Assembly: GCA_964577685.1 (NCBI GenBank)
Contig: CAZNZT010000001.1
Span: forward strand, 47,978 to 111,977
Reading direction: 5' to 3'
From: an uncultured Methanosarcinales archaeon
GTDB taxonomy: Archaea; Nanobdellota; Nanobdellia; Woesearchaeales; JACPBV01
DNA: 64,000 bases
This document shows, piece after piece, positions 29,654 through 39,000 of the stretch. Numbering within the stretch: position 1 is the stretch's first letter; each line of letters starts with the position of its first letter. Below the pieces are notes generated by a model. That model was not told where the DNA came from. It was given only the letters and a program-made list of their open reading frames with translations, and ran no database searches. The translations under genes and the position numbers were made by a program.

Positions 29654-30196
29654 ATGACAAAAATAACAGAAAAAAAAGCAAAGAAGATTCTTGAAAGGTA
29701 TGCTCCAAACAATGAGACATACAAAAAGGTTCTAAGACACTCTGAAGAGGTTAAAGGGGTTGCTATTAAGATAGCAAAAAATATCAAGGGTATTGACATT
29801 AATTTTATAAGAACAGCAGCTATCCTCCATGATATAGGAAGGTTTAGATGTCCTCCAAATTCCAGAGAGAGTATAAAGCATGGTATAGAGGGGGCTAAGA
29901 TTTTAAGAAAAGAGGGGCTTAACAAACATGCTTTAGTAGCTGAAAGGCACCTTGGTGCTGGAATTACTAAAGAGGATATAATCAAACAAAAACTAGATTT
30001 GCCTCTTAAAGACTATGTACCAATAAGCAATGAAGAAAAGATTATATGCCACGCTGATAATCTAGTTTTTGGTGATAAAGAAGTGAATTTCAAGAGAGTG
30101 ATTGCAAGATACAAAAAAGAATTAGGAAAAAAATATGTTAGAAGGTTAAAAAGACTTAAAGATGAGATTGAAAAGATGGAATATAGGAATAAATAA
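29654..30196 (+). CDS. HD-domain phosphohydrolase
   Basis: 180 aa, 'VLRHSEEV...AAILHDIGR...ICHADNL' (H..HD...D pattern). Confidence 0.6.
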   Translation: MTKITEKKAKKILERYAPNNETYKKVLRHSEEVKGVAIKIAKNIKGIDINFIRTAAILHDIGRFRCPPNSRESIKHGIEGAKILRKEGLNKHALVAERHLGAGITKEDIIKQKLDLPLKDYVPISNEEKIICHADNLVFGDKEVNFKRVIARYKKELGKKYVRRLKRLKDEIEKMEYRNK

Positions 30197-30818
30197 AGAC
30201 AAAAGACTTCTGAATTTTAGAACAATACAGAGAGACATAGCTGAGAAGATAAGTTTGGAAGATAAATTCAAAAAGATAAGAAAGGTTGTAGGATTTGACT
30301 TGGCATTCAGTAAAGACAATGTTATCTGTGCTGCTATTGTAGTAGATTATAAAAGCCTAAAGGTACTTGAGAAAAGATATGTTATATGTAAAGAAACAAT
30401 TGGTTATATACCAACATTCCTGACATTTAGAGAAGGACCTCCGATACTAGAGGTATATAAAAGATTAGAGAATAAGCCAGACATACTTTTGTTTGATGGG
30501 AATGGAATCTTACATCCATTAAGGGTAGGAATAGCTTCTCATATAGGGGTTGTACTAAAAAAGCCCTCTATAGGTGTAGCTAAGTCGTTGCTTTGTGGGG
30601 AATTAAAGGGTGATTATATTTATATGGACAATGAGAAGGTAGGATATAGATTAAAAAATAAGAGATTCAAGCCAATCTATATATCTCCTGGGCATAGGAT
30701 TAGTCTAGAAAGTTCTGTAAGGATAGCTAGAAAGCTTATTAGGAATCACAGATTGCCTGAGCCATTAATCCTAGCACATAGATATGCAAATGAAACAAAA
30801 AATAGGTGTGATGGATGA
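30162..30818 (+). CDS. nfi: Endonuclease V (inosine-specific)
   Basis: 218 aa, 'VVGFDLAFSKD...YIPTFLTFREGPPILEVYKRLENKPDILLFDGNGILHPLRVGIASHIGVVL' (conserved Endo V catalytic D/E/D/H/K blocks). Overlaps the HD gene by 35 nt. Confidence 0.8.
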   Translation: MRLKRWNIGINKDKRLLNFRTIQRDIAEKISLEDKFKKIRKVVGFDLAFSKDNVICAAIVVDYKSLKVLEKRYVICKETIGYIPTFLTFREGPPILEVYKRLENKPDILLFDGNGILHPLRVGIASHIGVVLKKPSIGVAKSLLCGELKGDYIYMDNEKVGYRLKNKRFKPIYISPGHRISLESSVRIARKLIRNHRLPEPLILAHRYANETKNRCDG

Positions 30819-31700
30819 AGGATATAAACAAGGCGTTATCTGGGTATCTAAATATCCTAGAAAAAAAACAAAAACCAAAATTTAAGAAAATAAGTAAATA
30901 CGTTCTTAATAAAAAAATCAAAGGAGCATTTAAAATTCTTGAGGCATGTGTGCTGTGTGAAAGAAAATGCAGGGTTAATAGGAAAGATGGAAAAGTAGGT
31001 TGGTGTAAATGCAAGGAAATGGAGATTTCATCATTTTTTGAACACATTGGAGAAGAATATTTTTTTATTCCAAGCTTTACAATATTCTTTGTTGGGTGTA
31101 CATTTAGCTGTCAATATTGCCAAAATTGGACAATATCACAAAGGTTTGAGCATGGTAAAAGATATAAGGAAAATGAATTAGCAAAGATTATTGACAAGCA
31201 TAGCTATTGCAAAAATGTAAATTTTGTTGGTGGGGATCCTGTACCATATCTTCCTTTTATATTGAAAACAATAAGTTTTGTTAAAGCTGATATCCCAATA
31301 GTGTGGAATTCGAATTTTTATATGTCTAAAACTGCTATGGAACTTTTAAGTGGTGTTGTAGATGTTTATTTGTCTGATTTCAAGTATGGAAATAATAAAT
31401 GTGCAGAAAGATTAAGTAAAGTAAAAAACTATTTTGAGGTTGTTTCAAGAAACCATATTCTTGCTTTTAAAGACTCAGCGTTGGTAATTAGACTCTAATC
31501 TTACCAGGGCATATAGAATGTTGCACAAAGCCAATACTTAAGTTTATTAGAGATAACTTTAAAGATAAGGTAATAGTAAATATAATGGGACAGTATAGAC
31601 CTTGCTGGAATGCTTTTAGATATAGTGAAATAAAAAGATATGTAAACGAAAAGGAAATTAATGAAGCTATAGATTACGCCACAAAGCTTGGATTAAATTT
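30815..31700 (+). pseudogene. AmmeMemoRadiSam-type radical SAM enzyme (PflA-like) interrupted by an apparent 1-nt deletion near 31490
   Basis: Frame 2 (30815..31498) ends 'KDSALVIRL*'. Frame 1 continues at 31501 as 'LPGHIECCTKPILKFIRDNFKDKVIVNIMGQYRPCWNAFRY...KLGLNFII*' (stop 31700). 'CVLCERKCRVNRKDGKVGWCKC' and 'CTFSCQYCQNW' are the N-terminal and CxxxCxxC radical SAM motifs. 'IRHLVLPGHIECC' is the expected junction. Confidence 0.6.
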
Positions 31701-31730
31701 TATTATTTGAGTTTTTTATGAATTAGAAAC

Positions 31731-32162
31731 TTAATTAATAAACCTGACTAGTGTTGAGTTTAAAAATTTTTCAGCCTTCTGCAGTATTTTCTTTGATTCA
31801 TTATATGTTATTTGCTCTATGGCTCTGTCATAATTTAACCACTTATAACCTATATGTTCAAAAGATAATTTAATATGTTCTTCCTTTGTTTCTGCTAAAA
31901 GAAAAACAACCTTCTTTGAAACAAGATTTTTGTCTTTTTTATAAAAATAATGTATGAATTCCCTAAATCCCTTTATGAACCTCAGATTCCTGATTCCTGT
32001 TTCTTCTTCTATTTCTCTTCTTGCTGTTTCCTCTTCAGTTTCATTTTTTTCAATATTACCTTTTGGAAAGTCCCAATGCCCAGCTTCGTAGTGTAATAAT
32101 AGATACAACCTTTCTTTGTTTTGCCTAAATATTACTGCACCAGCGGATTTCTCATTTATCAT
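31731..32162 (-). CDS. Nudix hydrolase
   Basis: 143 aa, Nudix box 'GNIEKNETEEETARREIEEETGI'. Confidence 0.75.
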   Translation of the reverse strand: MINEKSAGAVIFRQNKERLYLLLHYEAGHWDFPKGNIEKNETEEETARREIEEETGIRNLRFIKGFREFIHYFYKKDKNLVSKKVVFLLAETKEEHIKLSFEHIGYKWLNYDRAIEQITYNESKKILQKAEKFLNSTLVRFIN

Positions 32163-32382
32163 TTGGTTCTTGATAGTTTTTCCTAAAGCCTATTCTTTTT
32201 CTTTAATTTTTTTATATGCTTCTCTTCTACAAATCTTTCATGCACTGGAATATCTGAATCATCTATTTCAATTTGATTATCTACCTCTTTCTTTATTTTT
32301 TTTCTTATATCTTCCATATTTAAAGATAATAATAAAAAACTTTATAAAGTTTATTTTTTAGGTCTTATTAGAGGTGGTGTAA

Positions 32383-32628
32383 ATGGCAGAGGAGGAATAT
32401 GATGATGTTTACTCAGAAGAAGGTAGAGAGAGCCTTGTAGAAGATGATGAAATTTCTCCAGAAGAAGAGGGATTTATGGAGGGTGCGAACGGAGGAGGGC
32501 AGGGAGCAAAGTGCAGAAGATGTGGAGCGATATTGGGGGATGACTTCATAGAGAAAGAGATTGATGGGGAAATATATAGGTTCTGCTCTGATGAATGTGC
32601 TGAAAAATATTCAAAGAAAAAAGGATAA
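32383..32628 (+). CDS. Small acidic protein with C-terminal zinc-ribbon/TRASH-like motif
   Basis: 81 aa. N-terminal D/E-rich, then 'KCRRCGAILGDD...YRFCSDECAEKY'. Confidence 0.45.
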   Translation: MAEEEYDDVYSEEGRESLVEDDEISPEEEGFMEGANGGGQGAKCRRCGAILGDDFIEKEIDGEIYRFCSDECAEKYSKKKG

Positions 32629-33370
32629 CTCTAGATGCTACAAGATAGGGTGCTGTGGATGGAGTTTTCTTAATACTAAAAGGTATTTCGGTGATAGGTG
32701 GAAGAAGAGATTTGATAGCGTTCTCCAATGTTATGCTAGCATGTTTGATATTGTTGAGGTAAACTCTTCTTTTTACCATATACCAAAGCTTGAAACAGCA
32801 GAAAAATGGAGAGAACAAGTAAATAAAATAAATAATAAGTTTGAATTTACATTAAAGGCGTCAAGGATAATAACACATACTGACAGATTTTCTTCAGAAA
32901 AATCAATAAGAATATTTGACATATACAGAAAAGTTGCAAAAAGATTGGATTCTAAGATTATATTACTACAATGCCCTGCTTCTTGGACCCCATCTGAAAC
33001 CAATATAAGAAACTTCAAAGGATTTCTAAAAAAAGTTAGATATGAATTAATCGCATGGGAACCCAGAGGAAAGTGGTGGGATAAGTTAGATTTAGTAAAG
33101 GAAATATGCAGTGAGTTTAATCTTATTCATTGTGTTGACCCACTTAGAATCCATCCTCAATACTTTTCTAGAAAGAATATTGCTTATTTCAGGCTACATG
33201 GATTTGGAAAACCATCGATGTATAATTACAGTTTTAATAGAGAAGAGTTATATAAAATAAAAAAAATTTTAATTAGCTTAAAAAAGAAAAGGAATTATGT
33301 CTTCTTCAACAATGCTACAATGTATGAAGATGCATTAAAATTTATAAGAGGAATTAAAAAGAACGATTAA
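32591..33370 (+). CDS. DUF72 family protein. The start is uncertain (32561 or 32591); either way it overlaps the upstream gene in another frame.
   Basis: 'YKIGCCGWSF...FYP' and 'YFRLHGF' are DUF72 hallmarks. Confidence 0.55.
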   Translation: MNVLKNIQRKKDNSRCYKIGCCGWSFLNTKRYFGDRWKKRFDSVLQCYASMFDIVEVNSSFYHIPKLETAEKWREQVNKINNKFEFTLKASRIITHTDRFSSEKSIRIFDIYRKVAKRLDSKIILLQCPASWTPSETNIRNFKGFLKKVRYELIAWEPRGKWWDKLDLVKEICSEFNLIHCVDPLRIHPQYFSRKNIAYFRLHGFGKPSMYNYSFNREELYKIKKILISLKKKRNYVFFNNATMYEDALKFIRGIKKND

Positions 33371-33402
33371 CTATTTAAATAAAGTAAGCTTTTCTATTTG
33401 AT

Positions 33403-34494
33403 ATGCAAAAAACTGGGATTGTCAATCTACCTTTGCATGGGGGGAAGGCTCCACCTTGGCTTTTTAGGAGAATGGTTAAGCTATCTGGGGCTATAACTGA
33501 GGTTTTGATTTACGAATTTGGAAAGAATGAGTTTATAAGAAGAATTGCGAATCCTTTTTGGTTTCAGGCATTAGCTTGCACTATTGGCTTTGATTGGCAT
33601 TCAAGTGGAACAACAACTACAACTCTAGGCGCTTTAAAGGAAGTGCTAAATAAATCTAACCTAGGCATAAAGATTGCGGGTGGGAAAGGTGCAATATCAA
33701 GAAAGGCTCCAAAAGAGATAGAAAGATTTGCAGAAGAATTTGACATGTCAACGAACAAGATAAAAAGACTGATTTATTCTTCAAAAATGAGTGCAAAGGT
33801 GGATAATTCTTGTATACAAGACAAATACCAACTTTACCACCATTGTTTTGTTTTTTCTGAAGATGGAAAATGGGCTGTTATACAACAAGGAATGTATGAG
33901 AGATATGCAAGAAGGTACCATTGGTTAAGTGACAATATTAATAGCTTTGTTAATGAGCCGCATGATGCTATATGTTGTGACAGAAAAGAAAACAAGGTCT
34001 TAGATATGACTGCAAATGAGAGTGAAGAGGTTAGAAATATTTCAGTTGATATTGTAAGAGACAACCCAAAACACATAGAAAAATATCTTAAAGAACCAGA
34101 GCAAAAAACATTACAGAGTTTTGAGACATTAAGTTTCAGGCCAAGGCATTCTATTATTAACCAAGAGAAGATAAATATTGAGATGCTAAAGAAAACATAT
34201 GAATTACAACCGAGGAACTATGAAGAGCTTGTTTCCATTAAAGGTATTGGACCAAAAACCATAAGAAGTCTTGCTCTAATTTCGGAGTTGATTTATGGCA
34301 AGAGAGCTTCATGGAAGGACCCTGTTAAATTTTCATTTGCACATGGTGGGAAGGATGGTTATCCATACAAGATAAGCAGACGGCACTATGATAAGTCAAT
34401 AAGTATATTGAGGTCTGCAATAGAAAACGCAAAAATAGGAATGAAGGACAGGCTCTATGCTATAAGAAGGCTAAATAAGTTTTACAGGGGTTAA
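33403..34494 (+). CDS. Conserved archaeal protein (DUF763-like)
   Basis: 363 aa, 'MQKTGIVNLPLHGGKAPPWLFRRMVKLSGAITEVL' resembles the DUF763 N-terminus from memory. Confidence 0.4.
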   Translation: MQKTGIVNLPLHGGKAPPWLFRRMVKLSGAITEVLIYEFGKNEFIRRIANPFWFQALACTIGFDWHSSGTTTTTLGALKEVLNKSNLGIKIAGGKGAISRKAPKEIERFAEEFDMSTNKIKRLIYSSKMSAKVDNSCIQDKYQLYHHCFVFSEDGKWAVIQQGMYERYARRYHWLSDNINSFVNEPHDAICCDRKENKVLDMTANESEEVRNISVDIVRDNPKHIEKYLKEPEQKTLQSFETLSFRPRHSIINQEKINIEMLKKTYELQPRNYEELVSIKGIGPKTIRSLALISELIYGKRASWKDPVKFSFAHGGKDGYPYKISRRHYDKSISILRSAIENAKIGMKDRLYAIRRLNKFYRG

Positions 34495-34503
34495 TTTATA
34501 ATA

Positions 34504-35541
34504 TTAATATGTTTTTATAATCTTTATTAGCCTTTTTAAGTCTATATCGCTTCTAATTGAAACTGGGTCAAAGTGAGTACACGATGCTTTGTGGTTTATT
34601 TTTTTTATTTTTTCTATTATTGTAGAAAGTTTTGGTATTTTTAATTTATTTCTTTTACAGATTTTGTGGATATTATAGAATCCTATTACATCTATTTTAG
34701 ATTCTTCTTTTATTAAGTTCAAAAATTTTTTATTTTCTTCAATCTTATTTTTTTCTAACATCTTACCTACCAATTCTTTATCCCATAAATGCCCTTTCCA
34801 CAATGGTCCAGCTTTTTTGTACATTCCATGTTGTTTCATTATTAAATCCGTTTTCTCCTTACTTTTTTCGCACCTAAAAAAGACTCTCATATAGTGGTCT
34901 TTGAAATATGAAAACATAGGAATTAACGCTTTGCCGTATTGAGAGCCTATTAGTTGTATTTTCCTTATTAATATTCTAAGCCCAATCTCATGCATTAGTT
35001 CGTTCCTCAAAGGAATAGCCCAATATTTCCTTAGGCATGCTTTTGGATAGGATCCAGCAAGTGCTGAGGTGTCTGTCGCTGTAACAGCCAATATTCCATT
35101 TCTTGATATCCTCTTTAGTGAAGAGTCAAGATATGGAGATGGATTGCCGAAGGGGTCTATGTCTATGTAATCAAACCCCTTTGATTTCAAAAGAAATAGA
35201 TTTGCATCTTCGTTATTTATGGAATGTTTCTTTATTTTTAATTTATTAAGTTTAAAGTTTCGCTTTATAATATTTATTGCTTTCTTTTTATAATCATTGA
35301 CTAGAATTTTATCAATTTTATTTTTTTCTAATTCTTTTAGAAACCTTATTGCTCTAATTCCAGTTCCAGCTAGAGGTAATGCTATTCTTAGTTTTTTCTT
35401 TTCAATTGAGTTTAATAGTAGAATTGAGATATCCCTATTGAATTTCATAACTGAGTTATAAAAAACATCCATCTTCTTTGAAATCTTATTTGTCTTAGGA
35501 ACATATATTAGGGCTTTACCTTCACTAATAATTTTGTACAT
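34504..35541 (-). CDS. trm1: tRNA (guanine26-N2)-dimethyltransferase Trm1
   Basis: 345 aa, 'EGKALIYVPK...DVFYNSVMKFNRDISILLL...ALPLAGTGIRAIRFLKE'. Confidence 0.75.
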   Translation of the reverse strand: MYKIISEGKALIYVPKTNKISKKMDVFYNSVMKFNRDISILLLNSIEKKKLRIALPLAGTGIRAIRFLKELEKNKIDKILVNDYKKKAINIIKRNFKLNKLKIKKHSINNEDANLFLLKSKGFDYIDIDPFGNPSPYLDSSLKRISRNGILAVTATDTSALAGSYPKACLRKYWAIPLRNELMHEIGLRILIRKIQLIGSQYGKALIPMFSYFKDHYMRVFFRCEKSKEKTDLIMKQHGMYKKAGPLWKGHLWDKELVGKMLEKNKIEENKKFLNLIKEESKIDVIGFYNIHKICKRNKLKIPKLSTIIEKIKKINHKASCTHFDPVSIRSDIDLKRLIKIIKTY

Positions 35542-35561
35542 TGTTTTATGGGAAAGAATTA

Positions 35562-35969
35562 TTAAATAAAAATATTGTTCTTTTTGATATCTAAAATCTC
35601 TATTTTGTCTCCTACTCTGGTCTTTGTTTGCCCTATTTTTCCTGCTGGCAATTCTATAATGTACTTTGCCTTATTCCTTGGCCTGTAGAATGTAAAGGGC
35701 CTAAGGTTTTCTTTTAGTTCTGTGACTTCTTTATGTTCATTTAAAAATAAAACATCTATTTGATAAAAAACAAAAAACATATGTAACAGAGTTATCTTTT
35801 CTTTTTTGAATGGGAATACTAAAGCTACATCCTTAATCTTCTTTGAGAACATTAATCCTATGGATTTCTTAAAGATATTTTTGCATATCTTCAATTTTTT
35901 CACTAGTATTTTTTTTCTTGTTTTATTTATTAGCATTTTTAAAGGATTATTACTAGAGAGAAGTTTCAA
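35562..35969 (-). CDS. DUF192 family protein
   Basis: 135 aa, 'KKSIGLMFSKK...PLHMFFV...DVLFLNE' matches the DUF192 (COG1430) pattern. Confidence 0.5.
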   Translation of the reverse strand: MKLLSSNNPLKMLINKTRKKILVKKLKICKNIFKKSIGLMFSKKIKDVALVFPFKKEKITLLHMFFVFYQIDVLFLNEHKEVTELKENLRPFTFYRPRNKAKYIIELPAGKIGQTKTRVGDKIEILDIKKNNIFI

Positions 35970-36063
35970 TAAATAGGAATATTTAAATATTTCCTATAGT
36001 TTTAATTCTTCAAGGGTTTTTTAGTCTAGTTGTTATATTTACTAAAAAAGGGGGGTAATATAA

Positions 36064-39000
36064 ATGGAAGGGTGTAATTTGAAGTCAAGGATTATTTCTA
36101 TTCTTATTTCTATGTTTTTATTGATTTTTGTTTCAAATGTTTTGGCTCAATCGAATATTTTTGATTTCTATGGGTATGTGAAAGACGCTAATGGAAACTA
36201 TGTAAGTGGAGCAAATGTTACATTAAGAGAAGAGCTTATGGGCCCTGGAGGGACGCCATTAATATTTTCCACTTTATCAGATGCTAATGGCTTTTTTAAT
36301 ATTTCAAGTGTAAATGGCAGTACACTATATTTGCTTTCAATAGTTAAGTATTCTAATGGAGTTGCACAGCTTGTTAATAAACCACTTCCCCCCCTTCCAT
36401 CAGATATGTATGAGTTTCAATTGATTAATCAAACATTTTATTTAAAAGATGCTGCTACAATAAACATAACAATGTATAACGAAAGTGGGGATGATGTAAG
36501 CTTTAATGGATTTGTCCTAGACACAAAATATAATTATCCAATAGCGAAATTTGAGGATGAGAATAATCCAGTAATTAGAAAAGAGGTTGTTATCCCTGCT
36601 GGGAGGTTTAACTATTCTGTTGTTGTCTGGAAATCTGGTTATGCTCCTCCAAGGTCATTCAATGCTATTGCATACAATACAAGTAGAGGAGATATAGTAA
36701 ATGTAAGAGAAAATATAACCACAAATATGTTTTATCTGACTGGTTATTTAAAATGGCCTAATGGAAGCAATGTCACAAATGTTAATTTTACAGATGTTGC
36801 TTCTTATTTTCCAATTAGTAATTTTTTACCCCTAGATGGAGAAATAAAGGGATTCCAAAAGTATGTTGGAAGCAAAGGTGGTTATGCATGGTATAATATT
36901 TCTGTACCAGGGCCAAACCTTGATATCTTCGTTATGGCATTCGCTAATGATTCAGAATATTATATGGGTACTGCAAGAGTAACCATAACTGGTAATAAAG
37001 AAGAAAATATAACAATATATCCGTTAGCAGGTAGTTATGATATAGCAACTAGTACAAGTGTAGTGAATGTAAATACTAGTAAGACTACAATTAATGTTTT
37101 CTATGATAATGGAACACAAAATGTAAGTGCTGGGGAGACCTTCTTTGATATTCTAGTGAATTATAATGGAACACAGATTAAATTCACAGCAAAAACAAAT
37201 CTTAGTGGTTCAGCTAAGATTCCATTAAGGAATGATACAGGTGCAACAATAGAGATATTCAATGATAGGTTTCCACCAAGAAAGTTTACTTATAGTGGAG
37301 CTGAGCTTGAATCAGATATTAATATTATACTGAAGGGATTTGATAGAATGGAGGATGTAGAAGGAAACATAATTCAAGATATAAAGTCAGAATTTTTTGT
37401 TTCAAACTCAAGTTGTGATGTTCCGAATCCACCTTCTGATTGTTTGGTATTTGAAATAAGTAATGCTTCAAATCCAAGAGAGGGAGTAAAACTCTTATTG
37501 TTGCCTGGGGATGTATCAGTAAGATTAACCCAACTTTCAACAAATATTGTTGTACATTATAAGAATACAGACCTAATAGCTTCTGGCCCACCAGACTTTG
37601 AACCAAGCACTAGGGCTAATAATACTGGTTCTGGAGCATCTTTGAGAGATATTTGGAGATTTGGAAGTTTAGGCCCTGAAATTTATGAAAGCCTTCTTGT
37701 TGGTGTCCCGTATAATAGTTCAAGGATTGATGAAACTTATGCACCATTACCAAGTATATTAATAGGTAATTTATATGATGTACAAAACAATTGGGTACCA
37801 ATATGGAATTCAACAGACGACCCAAATGCCTCAAATGTCCCATCCGCTTACAGTGATTTTGATAGCAGATGGTTTAATGCTAGCTATGGTGGAATGCCAT
37901 GTACTAATGACTTGGATGTTTTCAATTCACTAAGTCAGGGTTGTTATGTAGACAAAACAAATGACATGATATGGTTAAAGATACCCCATTTCTCTGGACT
38001 TGGAATAACTGTGCAGGCATATGCTAACTTAGGTAACATTACATCAGATAGGGCTTCTTATTCTTGCTATCCAAGCTGCTCTGCTTATATTAACTTGACT
38101 ATGAACAACTCAGACCTTGCAGGGGTGCAGAATATCTCTGTTAACAATACAGCAACAGTTACTGGGATAACTTACAAGATAGAATATAAGAACCTCTCAA
38201 ACGGAGAGTGGGTCTACTTAGGGACAGCAAACGACAATAATAGCTGGATATACGATTATGATTTAGTTTTATATAATAGCTCAAATGTAGATAATACAAC
38301 ACATCAGTTTAGAATCAATATAACACTTCCTAGTGCACTATCAACAAAATGGAATTTTAGTTTAGTAATTAATGGTAGCATATATACCCTTGATCCATGG
38401 TTAGATAGTATAAACCTAACAAGTCCAGCAGATGGTGCTTCTGTTGCTTCAGGTAGTAACAATTTTGTATTTACATTGTTTTCTGACAGCTATCCAACAC
38501 AAAATTGTACACTTTATGTTGATGGCAGTGCTGTTGCATCAAATGCTTCAACGGTTAATGGTTCAGCAACTACACTCACAGCCAGTGTAACAAGTTCTGG
38601 TAGTTGGTATGTGAGTTGCAATGAAACAGGAAACTCCGAAGTAAGAACATTTATAGTTGATACAACTGGGCCAAGCATAACCTCTCTAAATTATCCAGGG
38701 AATAATCTAAAAGTAGGTAGTAGTTCTATAAACTTCAACTGGACAGCTACTGATGATATAGATACAAGCTTTGAGTGTAATTTAACTCTAGATGGGTTAG
38801 TCAATGCAAGCAGCATAACTGTAAGTAATGGGACCCCAGCAAACTATACAGTAAATAATATTAATGACGGGACACATAACTGGAGTGTAATTTGCGAGGA
38901 TGGTGTGGGTAACACAGGAAGTTCGCAAACTTATACCTTCTATATAGACACAACAGCACCTACTGTAACTATGAACCAGCCAACGGATGGTATGAATACA

